The notes: generated by a model not told the origin, from the letters alone. A DNA stretch of 64,000 bases from Nibricoccus sp. (GCA_047602425.1 JASGHG010000001.1:3840001-3904000); one strand, 5' to 3'. Positions 10,424 to 20,617 are shown, counted from the first letter of the stretch. Numbers and translations are program-made.

Positions 10424-11035
10424 CTACTTTCTTTTCTTGGGATAAAAGAAGGCTGGTTGATTCGATAGTTCGAGATATCGCGTACAACGACCAGATTCTA
10501 TTTGCTCGATCTGAATCGCGTGATGCGTAGCTCCGTCTTCGAACTCGGGATCTACATCTCCGATGCACTGAGCACTACCGTCATATCGCGAAAACTGTAG
10601 TACCTCGATCGAGTACCAGCCTGGCGAAACGTTCCAGACGTAGTCTTCCCAAAATGGCAATTCGTCTTTGTCGATAAGCTGCGCGATTGCCGCTAGACCG
10701 GAAAAGCCTGTTAGGCACAACCGGCCTTGGGATATCTCAATTGCTCCTTGGAACCGTTGCAGCGCAGTGGCTCGCAACTGCTGGAAATTCGCTGGGTTGA
10801 TGTTGATTTGATTGTCCGCATCGGCAGAACCCCAGAAAAAAGCAAGGCCATTGTTCATGTGCTGGAGTGCTCGTTCCAGAACCTCCGCCGGTGTCCAAGC
10901 CCTGCCTAATTGGCTAGTTTTTCCTCCCAGGTTTGCATCATAACGATCCAGATCGATAAACCCCATAAAACCCCAGGCGCTTGAATAAGATAACTGCGCA
11001 CTCGAAAGACTTTGGTATCGGTGTTTAGGAGTCAC
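10424..11035 (-). CDS. Hypothetical protein, lower GC than neighbours
   Basis: 203-codon ORF filling the gap; visibly AT-richer; no recognised motif. Confidence 0.55.
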   Translation of the reverse strand: MTPKHRYQSLSSAQLSYSSAWGFMGFIDLDRYDANLGGKTSQLGRAWTPAEVLERALQHMNNGLAFFWGSADADNQININPANFQQLRATALQRFQGAIEISQGRLCLTGFSGLAAIAQLIDKDELPFWEDYVWNVSPGWYSIEVLQFSRYDGSAQCIGDVDPEFEDGATHHAIQIEQIESGRCTRYLELSNQPAFFYPKKRK

Positions 11036-11098
11036 ATCTAAACACTTTCTCTATAGTGCTCTAGAGTCGAGCTTTTATCTATAGCAACTAGTACGGCA

Positions 11099-11573
11099 CT
11101 ACCTGCTCTTAAACGCGAACGCAGGTTGCACGCGGGCGGTGGAGAGGAATTTCATCGCGCGTTTTTCGGCGGCGCGCATGAGGCGTTTTTTGGTGGGTTT
11201 CAAATCGTCATAACCGGCGAGGTGGAGCCAGCCGTGGACCACGTAGAGAGTGAGTTCTTCGGAAAAGTTGTGGCCGTGTTGTGAGGCATACGCGGCGGCG
11301 GTGTCGGACCGAAACGCAGATTTCGCCGCCGCTGCCGAGTTGGGCATTGCCCTCGAAAGTGATCACGTCGGTCGTCGTCGGATCGTCGAGAAAATCGGCG
11401 TGGATGCGGGCAAGGGCTTTGTCGGTGAGGAAGGCGATGGAGATTTCGCCAGGGGGGCAGCCGCCGCGGAATTTCTCGGCGTGTTGGTCGAGCGTTTGCA
11501 CAACTTTCACGACAGAGTTCTTGTCGAGCTTAAGGCGGGGGTGGGCGACGTGGATGTGGACCTCGCGGGACAT
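11099..11573 (-). pseudogene. ybeY: rRNA maturation RNase YbeY with +1 frameshift near 11306 (pseudogene or sequence error)
   Basis: One frame gives PTTTDVITF..GEICVSV, another gives DTAA..LYVVHGWLHLAGYDD; GTCCGAC in place of GTCGAC separates the two frames. Confidence 0.85.
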
Positions 11574-11914
11574 GAGGAAAACAAGCGCGGAGGCTGTAAC
11601 TTTGTTTAACGCGAGTCGAGGCAGGAAACGTAAGAGAACAATGAAGCTAAAAAATCGCAGTTGGACCACTTATTTTCACTGAGATTCACTGATAGAAAGC
11701 CACTTAGGCGGGGAGCAGGGTATATCCGACGAGGGAACGCCGTGGCGCGATATATTGTCCGGCAGGCGTACTCCTTAGTGTCAATAAGTGATAATAAATG
11801 GTTCCCCTTCCAGGGAAATTGGAATGAAGTGCCGTGAAGGCTTGTACGATTTGGAAGGCGGGCCGCCGTGCCCATCGTTCCGAACCGGCGTCGACAACGC
11901 GTCGCCCGAAAAAC

Positions 11915-13891
11915 TTACGGCGTGGCGGTGGCGACAGGCGTGAATTTTGTGACGAACGTCGCCTCCTTCCCCTGCGTCTCAAGGTAGAAGGCTTCGCGAC
12001 GTGCGGGCGGAATATCGGGGGCCGATCCGTGCCAGATGGTGAATTCGCCGGGAAGGGAAAAGGTGACGCGCATGTGCAGTCCGCGATAGGCCACGTCGAA
12101 GCTCACTTGGTCCTTGCAGGTGGTTTTTGTCACGTTCTTCCAATACCCGAAAGCGGCGGGCCGGTTTGTAGCGAAGGTGTCGTCTGATTTGAACGAGGCG
12201 GGCAATTGAACCTTTCCCTGAAGGTGCAGTGCGAGGCCGAGTGCATGGGTTTTGCCCGCGGTGCTCCGAACGTTGGCGGTGTCGATCAGTTGGTTGCCCT
12301 CGATCGCCAAGGTGCGCGAGGTAGTGATGCCGGGGCGGGAGAGCGGCTGCGCGGCGGAGATGCGCGCTTGTTCCGCGGAGTAGCCGAGGAGTTCGCCGGG
12401 CTGCGGGGGAACGCTGCCTTCGCCGTCGACGAGCGGTACGTTGTGATTGAGGCCTTTGGTGTAGTACTCCTTGTGATACGGAGAACCGTAGCCGACGGTG
12501 CCGGGGTCGTGCGTGATATCGATTTCTCCATAGAAGGCCGAAAAATTGAGCGCTTCGGATTGCGCGTGGGATTTATTGAGTTGTCCGTAGTGAAGGAAAA
12601 CCTGCCACGGGCCGCGCTTGATCAGAGCCATGCGCGAGCGTTCGAGATTTTCGCTTTGGACCTCTGGGAGCGCATCGGATTTTTGCGAAGTGGGTGGGGG
12701 ATCGAGCAGCGTGTTCCAGTTTCGCAGCTCGGCGGCTTCGCTCAGGCCCAGTGTGGTTGGAAAGACGCGGTAGGTGCTGGCGAGGAAGCTGCGATGAGGC
12801 ACCTTTTCAATGCCGGTGCCATCGGCGGGGTTGGGCAGCGTGCCGTCGGGAAAGCGCAGATAGATTGGCGATAACATGAGGTTTTCTCCCACCGTCATTT
12901 CGCGCGCGAGCTCCGAAGCTCGGCCCGCGAGTCCGGCTTGGGTGAAGAGGGTGATCAGTGCTTGGACGACAAATTCGTTGTAATGAAACGATTGCTCGAA
13001 CCACAGGTAGTCGGCCGTGATGCCCTGCGCGATCTGGTTGCGCAGGCCGAATTTTCCATCAATCGCCTCGTGCCAGAGCGCTTCGTTTTTATAGACCAGA
13101 GCGAATTGGGCGACGGCGCAGCGATGCCAATTGGCGATGTTGTGAATGTTCGGGTAGCCCTTGTTCAGGACGTCCGCCTCGGGCTTGAAAAATTTGTCCC
13201 ACCAAAGCTGTTTGCGGGCCGGATCGACGTAGTCGCCGAGCAGGCGAACGGTATTGATGTATTTGATACCGCTGGTGGCTTCATCGAGCGTTTGCCAGAA
13301 GAGACGCGCTTCCTGGCCTTTGCGCTGCGGCTGCCATTCGAGGTAGTGCTGCGCATAAAAATCCAACTGAGCCGCAGCCCAACTGGCGTATTTCTCCTCG
13401 CTGGTCAGGCGATAGAGAAAGGCTGCGCGCTCCATCATCTCGGCGTGGCGGGCGCGAAAAGCAAAAACCCAGCCGCCCATGATTTTGGGAGTGATCTCAA
13501 CGTGCGGGTCGGACGGGCTGGTGAGAAATTTTACGTCCTCGCCCGGAACGTCGGGCGTCCACGTGAGATGCGAGGCGTCCTTGGGACTGACGAAATCGTG
13601 ATACCAACCGCACGCCCATTCGACGCGGTCACGGCGTCGCGCGATCCAGCCGTCGACCGCGGCCCGTTCTTGTCGCAGCCATTTGGTCCAAGCGGGATTG
13701 TTGGCGACTCGTTCGCGTGCCCCCGGCCAATCTTCAACGGGAACACGCCAGGGCTTGCCGTCCGTGGAATAAACTTTGAGTTCTGCGAAAGCCTGTTCGG
13801 GTGACCCTGTGTCGACGGCGTTGGCATCGAGACGTGCGAGCAGTGCGAGCGAACCCAGAACGACGAGCCGAGAAAAACGAAGAAAGCGCAT
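11915..13891 (-). CDS. Secreted alginate lyase/heparinase II/III-like polysaccharide lyase (PL17-like)
   Basis: Signal peptide; RLFWQTLDEA, IHN, WFEQSFHY, LPNPAD, DPGTVGYG, HNVPLVDG. Confidence 0.8.
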   Translation of the reverse strand: MRFLRFSRLVVLGSLALLARLDANAVDTGSPEQAFAELKVYSTDGKPWRVPVEDWPGARERVANNPAWTKWLRQERAAVDGWIARRRDRVEWACGWYHDFVSPKDASHLTWTPDVPGEDVKFLTSPSDPHVEITPKIMGGWVFAFRARHAEMMERAAFLYRLTSEEKYASWAAAQLDFYAQHYLEWQPQRKGQEARLFWQTLDEATSGIKYINTVRLLGDYVDPARKQLWWDKFFKPEADVLNKGYPNIHNIANWHRCAVAQFALVYKNEALWHEAIDGKFGLRNQIAQGITADYLWFEQSFHYNEFVVQALITLFTQAGLAGRASELAREMTVGENLMLSPIYLRFPDGTLPNPADGTGIEKVPHRSFLASTYRVFPTTLGLSEAAELRNWNTLLDPPPTSQKSDALPEVQSENLERSRMALIKRGPWQVFLHYGQLNKSHAQSEALNFSAFYGEIDITHDPGTVGYGSPYHKEYYTKGLNHNVPLVDGEGSVPPQPGELLGYSAEQARISAAQPLSRPGITTSRTLAIEGNQLIDTANVRSTAGKTHALGLALHLQGKVQLPASFKSDDTFATNRPAAFGYWKNVTKTTCKDQVSFDVAYRGLHMRVTFSLPGEFTIWHGSAPDIPPARREAFYLETQGKEATFVTKFTPVATATP

Positions 13892-14014
13892 GCGATACGA
13901 AGAAGACGGGAGACGTCAGAAGGAGTTTCGCGATTCTTCAAGGAATTGGCGAGGGATGAATTGCGTTCAGACGATTGACGTGGCCTTGGCCCTGCGACCT
14001 CTTTTGATGCCGAT

Positions 14015-15070
14015 ATGAACCCGCGTTATTCTGCCGAAGAGCTCACGACGTTTGCGCAAGAGCTATTGACCAACGCCGGTCTGGAAATTTCCAAAGCTGC
14101 GGTGGTGGCCGAGATTTTGGTGGAAGGCGATTTGTTGGGGCATTCGACGCACGGCCTGCATCAATTGGGCTCTTATCTGGCCGACGTTCGCACCGGCGTA
14201 ATGGCGACGTCGGGCGAGCCGCGCGTGGTGGCGGATTTTCCCGCGGCGGTGACCTGGGACGGCATGCGCTTGCCGGGGCCATGGCTGACAGTGAAGGCCT
14301 TTGACCTCGCGATGGAACGGGCGCGCAAAAATGGCACCTGCTCCGTGGCGATCTCGCGCAGTCATCACATCGCCTGTTTGGCGGCGTATTTGAAGCGCGT
14401 CGCGGATGCAGGGCTTATGGCGCTGTTGACTTGTTCGGATCCGCAGGACCGTGCGGTCGCAGCGCATGGAGGGCGCCAGGGAATTCTATCGCCAAATCCC
14501 ATCTCGGCGGCCTGGCCCACTGATGGTGAACCAGTGATTATCGACATTTCGACATCGATCGCGTCCAACGGGCAAACGCGTCGCGCCCATAGCGAAGGGC
14601 GAACGTTTCCGTCGGAATGGTTGGTCGATTCGGCGGGGAAGCCCACGAAAGTGCCGGGGGCGTTGTTCACGCAGCCGCCCGGTGCCCTGTTGCCGATTGG
14701 CGGTGTGGATCATGGGCACAAAGGCTATGCACTCGGTTTGCTGGTCGAGGCGTTGACGTCAGGTTTGGCCGGACACGGTCGGGCGGATCCGAAGGAAGGC
14801 TGGGCGGCTTGCGTGTTTCTTCAGGTTTTCGAACCAGCGGCATTTGGCGGGGCGGCGGCGTTTATCCGCCAAACGCAACAGATGGCCGAAGCGTGTCGGG
14901 CCTCGGCGCCGCGGGAAGGTTTTGATCGCGTGCGTTTGCCCGGGGAAAGCGGACTGCGCCGCCGCGAAACCCAACTGCGCGACGGCGTGGAACTTTATCC
15001 GACGATCCTGCCGGCGCTTAAGCCGTGGGCGGAAAAACTGCGTGTGATGTTGCCGCAGCAGCTGACTTGA
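14015..15070 (+). CDS. Ldh_2 family (malate/L-lactate dehydrogenase-like) oxidoreductase
   Basis: GDLLGHSTHG, SHH, PNPI, DISTS, LLPIGG..HGHKGYAL, VRLPGE. Confidence 0.9.
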   Translation: MNPRYSAEELTTFAQELLTNAGLEISKAAVVAEILVEGDLLGHSTHGLHQLGSYLADVRTGVMATSGEPRVVADFPAAVTWDGMRLPGPWLTVKAFDLAMERARKNGTCSVAISRSHHIACLAAYLKRVADAGLMALLTCSDPQDRAVAAHGGRQGILSPNPISAAWPTDGEPVIIDISTSIASNGQTRRAHSEGRTFPSEWLVDSAGKPTKVPGALFTQPPGALLPIGGVDHGHKGYALGLLVEALTSGLAGHGRADPKEGWAACVFLQVFEPAAFGGAAAFIRQTQQMAEACRASAPREGFDRVRLPGESGLRRRETQLRDGVELYPTILPALKPWAEKLRVMLPQQLT

Positions 15071-15322
15071 ACGAGCGCGAAGGCGCGACGTCGGTTCCGG
15101 TTCCCCGGGGAAATCACCCAGATGGCGGGCGATACAGTCTGGCGGCGGGAAAATCGGAAACTGTTACACGAATTTTTCAATCATCGGCGTGCTTTTTGGG
15201 AACCATCTGTTATAGATAAGAGTCTTAACAGCGTTAGTGGGCAGAATGGATCGCTGGCCCGGATTTTTTGGGGTTGCTGAAAAATTGCCAAAGGAGCAAC
15301 CGCCCTCGAAAAAAAGACGAGT

Positions 15323-15338
15323 TGGCGCACGTTTTGCT
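15323..15338 (+). promoter_or_regulatory. Putative sigma-54 promoter (-24/-12)
   Basis: TGGCGC-ACGTT-TTGCT, GG-N10-GC spacing, about 50 nt upstream of the GNAT ATG. Confidence 0.55.
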
Positions 15339-15389
15339 GTTATATTTTGGCCGCGCAAACCGTTATTAGAGTTAGAGAGACCGACTACG

Positions 15390-15752
15390 ATGAAACTTGA
15401 GAAAACACCTTTTCTTGCCACGCATCTGAGCGATGACGTCGCTTGGATCGACGTTCTCTTTGTGCCGAAGGAACAGCGCAAACAGGGCTACGGTCGCCGC
15501 ATGGTCCTCGAATGGCTTTCTAAACTTCCCGCCACGATCAAAAAAATCGAAGTGCTGGCGGTCGATCTCGACGGCGGCTCACCGGTTGGTTTCTGGAAAA
15601 AAATGGGTTTCGACGTGGAGGATAAATATTATCCCGAAATCATGACTGGCTGCTATATGAGCCATCCCTTGCACGACGACGGTCAGGCGCGAAAAAAGTC
15701 CGAGGCACCCCAGAAAAACCAGGACGACGACATCTGGTGTGCGCAGGCCTGA
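15390..15752 (+). CDS. Small GNAT family N-acetyltransferase
   Basis: LFVPKEQRKQGYGR acetyl-CoA motif; FWKKMGF. Confidence 0.8.
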   Translation: MKLEKTPFLATHLSDDVAWIDVLFVPKEQRKQGYGRRMVLEWLSKLPATIKKIEVLAVDLDGGSPVGFWKKMGFDVEDKYYPEIMTGCYMSHPLHDDGQARKKSEAPQKNQDDDIWCAQA

Positions 15753-15782
15753 ACCAGCCAACCCCTCTTTCCCTTTTTGCCC

Positions 15783-15809
15783 AGCCGCGCTATCTCGCGC
15801 GGCTTTTTT
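15783..15809 (+). terminator. Intrinsic terminator
   Basis: AGCCGCGC-TATCTC-GCGCGGCT followed by a T run. Confidence 0.7.
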
Positions 15810-15881
15810 GCGCCCGAATACTGACTCGGTTTGCGCAAAATGTTTTGCCGGAAGCGCCGATGTGGTAAAGATAGCCGCCCC

Positions 15882-16724
15882 ATGGATCCCGCCGCCCTGC
15901 TGAAGGACCACATCCTTCGTCTTTCACAGAAACTCCCGACCGCACCCCACATCTTCAGTCGGCTCAGCATTCTCCTGAATGACGTCAACGCGGACCTCGA
16001 CAAGATCGCCAACCTGATCGGTATCGACACGGGTCTGACCTCGCGCGTTTTGCGCGTCAGCAACAGCATTCTTTTCCGCGGCGGCAACGCCGTCACTTCA
16101 CTCGACGAAGCCGTCAACCGCGTCGGTTTCCGCGAGATTCATCGCATGGTCGGCATGGCGATGACCGAACAACTTTTTCAGAACGGCCTTCCCGCTTATC
16201 GCATGAACGCGAAACAAGTTTGGGAAAACTCCGTCGCCACCGCCTTGGCCATGGAAGCGATCGCCAACGCGGCAGGGCAGGAGACAGAAGGGGCGTTCAC
16301 CCTCGGGATCCTGCGGCAGGTGGGAAAACTGGTTCTCGGTCGCATCCTCGAAAAAGAACATCCCGGCGCAATCTGTCCGGACGATATCGATGTGCTTTCT
16401 TGGGAAAGCGCCCGCCTCAATATCACCAACCACGAAGCCGCATCTTATATATTAGAGTCGTGGAAGTTGCCGCAAAACCTCTGCTTGGGTTTGCGTTACC
16501 AACACGAACCCGAGGTGCATCCCGACGAGGGTCCTGAGGGCGCGCAGATGCATCTCGCCGGCTGGGTGGTTGGCCAATTGGGACTCAGCACGGCCTCGGA
16601 ATCCGTTCTCTGGGAGCTCACCCAAGACCGCCTCGACCTCGCCCAAGTCTCCGAAGAGTCCATGCAATCCTGCGTCGATAGCGTGCAGACGGAGCTCACC
16701 GCTCTGAAAAAACAGCTGACTTAA
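15882..16724 (+). CDS. Stand-alone HDOD domain protein
   Basis: LPTAP, D.GLTSRVLRVSNS, SLDEAVNRVG, G.L..VGKL, H...ILESWKLP. Confidence 0.9.
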   Translation: MDPAALLKDHILRLSQKLPTAPHIFSRLSILLNDVNADLDKIANLIGIDTGLTSRVLRVSNSILFRGGNAVTSLDEAVNRVGFREIHRMVGMAMTEQLFQNGLPAYRMNAKQVWENSVATALAMEAIANAAGQETEGAFTLGILRQVGKLVLGRILEKEHPGAICPDDIDVLSWESARLNITNHEAASYILESWKLPQNLCLGLRYQHEPEVHPDEGPEGAQMHLAGWVVGQLGLSTASESVLWELTQDRLDLAQVSEESMQSCVDSVQTELTALKKQLT

Positions 16725-16846
16725 GTCGTTCCAACGCGCAGCTGTGCCGGTTATTGCGCCCGACAGGTGTGCGAAGGCATGTGAGACTAAGAGAACCTTT
16801 TCCTTGCTCCCGTCGGCAGGGGGCTTTTCCCTCAAGCCTTTCACCC

Positions 16847-18436
16847 ATGAAAGTACTCGTCGCCGACAAAATCTCGCCCAAGGGAGTTGAATACCTGCGC
16901 AAACAGCCGGGTTTTGAAGTCATCGAAGCCTACGGGTCCACGCCCGCCAAGGTCCTTGAGCTCGTGAAAGACGTGCAGGCTATCGCCGTCCGCTCGGAAA
17001 CCAAGATCACCCGCGAAGTTTTTGCCGCTGCGCCATTGCTCAAGGTCGTCGGTCGGGCGGGCGTCGGCGTGGACAACGTCGATGTCGAAGCTGCCACCGA
17101 ACGCGGTGTTGTCGTCATGAACACGCCGTCGGGCAACACCATCGCCACGGCCGAACTCACTTTCACCCACATCCTCTGTGGCGCGCGCCCCGTGCCCCAG
17201 GCCGCCGCTTCGATGAAGGCCGGCCAGTGGGATCGCAAGAACTTTAGCGGTGTCGAACTGTTCCGCAAAACCCTCGGCATCGTCGGCCTCGGCCGCATCG
17301 GTGGCGAAGTCGCCAAGCGCGCCCAAGCCTTCGGCATGCGTGTGCTCGCCTACGATCCTTATCTCGCGCCCAGCCGTGCGAAGGCCATGCAGGTGGAAAT
17401 CGCCACTCTCGACGAAGTTCTCACGCACGCCGACTACATCACGGTCCACATGCCGCTGACCGACGACACCAAGTACATGATCGATGAGAAGGCCTTCGAG
17501 AAATGCAAAAAAGGCCTCCGCATCTTCAACTGCGCCCGCGGCGGAATCATCAAGGAAACCGCCCTGATCGCCGCGCTGAAATCCGGCAAGGTCGCCGCTG
17601 CCGGTCTCGACGTGTTCGAAGACGAACCGCTCGCCAAGGACAGCGAACTCCGTTCGCTCCCGAATGTTGTCCTCACGCCTCACCTCGGCGCCTCGACCGC
17701 CGAAGCGCAGGAATCGGTTGGCATCGAAATCGCCGAACAAATTGCCGACGTCCTCGCCGGTGGCGTGATTCGCAACGCCGTCAACATGCCCTCGATCGAC
17801 GCCGCCGCCCTCAAGATCCTCGGGCCGTATCTCGATCTCGGCACCAAGCTCGGCACGCTCGTCCAGCAAATCGCGCCGCAGCAGATCACTTCGCTGCGCA
17901 TCAATTATTTTGGCAAGGTTGCCGATGTCGACGTGAACTCCGTCACCCGCTCGATCGAACGCGGTTTCCTCCGTCGCATCAGCGGCGAGGAGGTCAACTA
18001 CGTCAACGCGCCCTTCATGTTCCAGCGTCTCGGCATCCAGGTCGAGGTCGTCAAATCGAACGCCGACAGCGACTACACCGAATTGATCAGCGTCGAAGCG
18101 CTTGGCGCTGACGGTTGCAGTTATTCCGCGCAGGGCACACTCATCGGCAAAGCCGCGCAACCCCGCATCGTCGGTATCAACGGTCGTGAGGTCGAAGTGG
18201 AAGCCAGCGGCAAATTGCTCGTCTTGGAAAACGTCGACCAGCCCGGCATGGTCGGTCTCATTGGCACGCTCCTCGGCAAGGACGGCGTCAACATCGCCGA
18301 TATGTCGCTCTCGCGTCTCACACCCGGCGGCACCGCCTACATGGTCGTGCGCGTCGATAACGAACCAAGCGAATCCGCCAGGAAAGAGATCAAGGGCAAT
18401 TCCGCGATCAAGATGGCGAAGTTCGTACAATTGTAA
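16847..18436 (+). CDS. serA: D-3-phosphoglycerate dehydrogenase (with ASB/ACT domains)
   Basis: GRAGVGVDN, GLGRIG, NCARGG, LDVFE.EP, TPHLGAST; C-terminal D.PG..G ACT domain. Confidence 0.96.
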   Translation: MKVLVADKISPKGVEYLRKQPGFEVIEAYGSTPAKVLELVKDVQAIAVRSETKITREVFAAAPLLKVVGRAGVGVDNVDVEAATERGVVVMNTPSGNTIATAELTFTHILCGARPVPQAAASMKAGQWDRKNFSGVELFRKTLGIVGLGRIGGEVAKRAQAFGMRVLAYDPYLAPSRAKAMQVEIATLDEVLTHADYITVHMPLTDDTKYMIDEKAFEKCKKGLRIFNCARGGIIKETALIAALKSGKVAAAGLDVFEDEPLAKDSELRSLPNVVLTPHLGASTAEAQESVGIEIAEQIADVLAGGVIRNAVNMPSIDAAALKILGPYLDLGTKLGTLVQQIAPQQITSLRINYFGKVADVDVNSVTRSIERGFLRRISGEEVNYVNAPFMFQRLGIQVEVVKSNADSDYTELISVEALGADGCSYSAQGTLIGKAAQPRIVGINGREVEVEASGKLLVLENVDQPGMVGLIGTLLGKDGVNIADMSLSRLTPGGTAYMVVRVDNEPSESARKEIKGNSAIKMAKFVQL

Positions 18437-18439
18437 TCA

Positions 18440-18517
18440 GGTGGAGCCCGCACTCTGTGCGGGCTTTGCCTTTTCTAGACGTTTAAAAACAAACCCGCAC
18501 GGAGTGCAGGTTCCACC
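18440..18517. repeat. REP doublet (REPIN-like)
   Basis: GGTGGAGCCCGCACTCTGTGCGGG and an inverted copy GGTGGAACCTGCACTCCGTGCGGG, each an internal hairpin. Confidence 0.75.
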
Positions 18518-18525
18518 ATTTTCCC

Positions 18526-19215
18526 ATGTTCCTCCCGCTTCTCATTGCCGCGGTTGTCGGCTACATCTTGGGCGCCTTACCCTTCGGCTACGTCGTCGCT
18601 CGCGCCAAAGGCATCAATATCTTCGAGCACGGCTCGAAAAACCCCGGCGCGACCAACGTCAAACGTGTCCTTGGCGAAAAGTTCGGCCCCGCCGGCAAAC
18701 GTCTCGGTAATCTCGTATTCTTTCTCGATGCGCTGAAAGGCGCCGTGGCGACGGGGTGGCCGTTGGTTTGGCTGTGGTATGTTCGCACGGTCATCCATGA
18801 GAGCGGAAATGCCGTGGTTGCTGTCAGCGAATCGCGTTATTTCATTTTAGCTGTCACCGACCTCGTTGCCGCTCTCCTCGGCCACAGCTTCTCCTGCTTC
18901 ACCAAATTCAAAGGCGGCAAAGGCGTCGCGACGGCCGCAGGTGGTTTCATGGTGCTGATGCCTTTTGCGATGCTTATCAGTTTCGGCGTATGGATCGCGA
19001 CATTCTATGCCTCGCGCTACGTTTCTCTCGCGTCGATTCTCGCGGCCGTTGCGTTGCCCATCGCGGCATTTTTCCTGCATCAGCCGCCGCTCCTCTTGGG
19101 TCTGGCGGTTGTCATCGCGGCGTTTGTGGTTATACGTCACAAGGCCAATATCCAACGCCTGATGAACGGTACCGAAAATCGCTTCGTGAAGAAACCGACG
19201 GAACCCAAAACCTAA
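18526..19215 (+). CDS. plsY: Glycerol-3-phosphate acyltransferase PlsY
   Basis: GSKNPGATN, DALKG, GHSFS..FKGGKGVAT, YVSLAS, RHKANIQRL..GTE. Confidence 0.95.
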   Translation: MFLPLLIAAVVGYILGALPFGYVVARAKGINIFEHGSKNPGATNVKRVLGEKFGPAGKRLGNLVFFLDALKGAVATGWPLVWLWYVRTVIHESGNAVVAVSESRYFILAVTDLVAALLGHSFSCFTKFKGGKGVATAAGGFMVLMPFAMLISFGVWIATFYASRYVSLASILAAVALPIAAFFLHQPPLLLGLAVVIAAFVVIRHKANIQRLMNGTENRFVKKPTEPKT

Positions 19216-19258
19216 CCTTTCGCGTTCATTTGCCTCCATTCGCGGTTAAAAATTTTTC

Positions 19259-20590
19259 ATGAACAAACCAGCCGTCATTAACATCGGAATCTGCGGTCTC
19301 GGCACAGTTGGGCAGGGCGTTTGGAAGCACATCGAGCGCTCGTTGCCTGAGCTGAAAGCGCGTTTTGGCGTGAAGCTCGAACTCTACCGCGCCGCCGTCA
19401 AAGATCCGAAAAAGCCGCGCTCGGTCGAGATTCCCGCCTCGAAAATCACCGCCGACGCGCTTTCTGTCGCGACTGACCCGAACGTTCACATCGTCTGCGA
19501 ACTGATCGGCGGCACTACGCTGGCCCGCGAGGTTACGCTCGCCGCGCTCAAGGCCGGCAAGATCGTCGTTTCCGCCAACAAGGCCCTGATCTGCGAACAC
19601 GGGGTCGAGATCTTTGCCACCGCCAAAAAGAACGGCGGCCATTTCTTCTTCGAAGCTTCTGTCGCCGGCGGCATTCCGATCATCAAGGCTCTCCGCGAAG
19701 GTCTGATCGCGAATCGCTTCAAGCTCATTTATGGCATCCTGAATGGCACCTGCAATTACATCCTCACCCGCATGGTGCAGGAGGGCGCGCCTTACGCCAC
19801 CATTCTTGCCGATGCCAAACGTCTCGGTTATGCCGAGGCCGACGAAGCGCTCGACGTGCAGGGTTGGGACGCTGCGCACAAGGCCTCGATTCTCGCCTAC
19901 CTTGCGCACGGCGTTTGGGTGAAATCGGACCAGATGATCGTCGATGGCATCGCGCGTCTCACACAGACCGATTTGAAAATGGCCGCGCAACTCGGCTATG
20001 CGATCAAGCTCCTCGCGGTCATCACCCGCGATTTCGAAACCAACGAAATTTCCGTCCGTGTTCACCCGACATTGCTCCCTAAGAGCGCAGTTCTGGCCAA
20101 TGTGAACAGCGTCTTCAATGCGATCTCCGTTACAGGCGACGTGGTAGGAACGACCACCTACATCGGTCGCGGTGCCGGACAAGACGCCACCGCCAGTGCG
20201 GTCATCAGCGACATTGCCGATGCGGTTACCTTGCTCACGGCTGGCAAAGCCGTCATGGCCTGTGCGCCTTCCGAACTTCATGCCAGAGGCAACACCGAGG
20301 CGCCCAAGCTTGCGCCGCTCGGCCACATTCGTGGCTGCTACTATCTGCGACTGACGGTCAAAGACGAAGCCGGTGTGCTCGCACAAATCGCGACCATCAC
20401 CGCCCAGAGCAACGTCAGTATTGCCACCGTCATCCAAATGGCAGCCGAGCGCCCCGATGCCGCCTCGCTGATTCTGACGACCCATTTTAGCGACGAACGC
20501 GCGATCCGTCACACCCTCGGCGACATCGCCAAACTCGATTGCGTCCTCGAACCACCCTTGCTCCTGCGCATCGGCGATTTTCAGGAATAA
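19259..20590 (+). CDS. hom: Homoserine dehydrogenase
   Basis: GLGTVG, ANK, FEASVAGGIP, GILNGTCNYIL, GYAEAD..DV.G.DAAHK, GRGAG; ACT domain. Confidence 0.96.
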   Translation: MNKPAVINIGICGLGTVGQGVWKHIERSLPELKARFGVKLELYRAAVKDPKKPRSVEIPASKITADALSVATDPNVHIVCELIGGTTLAREVTLAALKAGKIVVSANKALICEHGVEIFATAKKNGGHFFFEASVAGGIPIIKALREGLIANRFKLIYGILNGTCNYILTRMVQEGAPYATILADAKRLGYAEADEALDVQGWDAAHKASILAYLAHGVWVKSDQMIVDGIARLTQTDLKMAAQLGYAIKLLAVITRDFETNEISVRVHPTLLPKSAVLANVNSVFNAISVTGDVVGTTTYIGRGAGQDATASAVISDIADAVTLLTAGKAVMACAPSELHARGNTEAPKLAPLGHIRGCYYLRLTVKDEAGVLAQIATITAQSNVSIATVIQMAAERPDAASLILTTHFSDERAIRHTLGDIAKLDCVLEPPLLLRIGDFQE

Positions 20591-20617
20591 GCTTTTAAGG
20601 GTAGGGACGCCTCTCCG

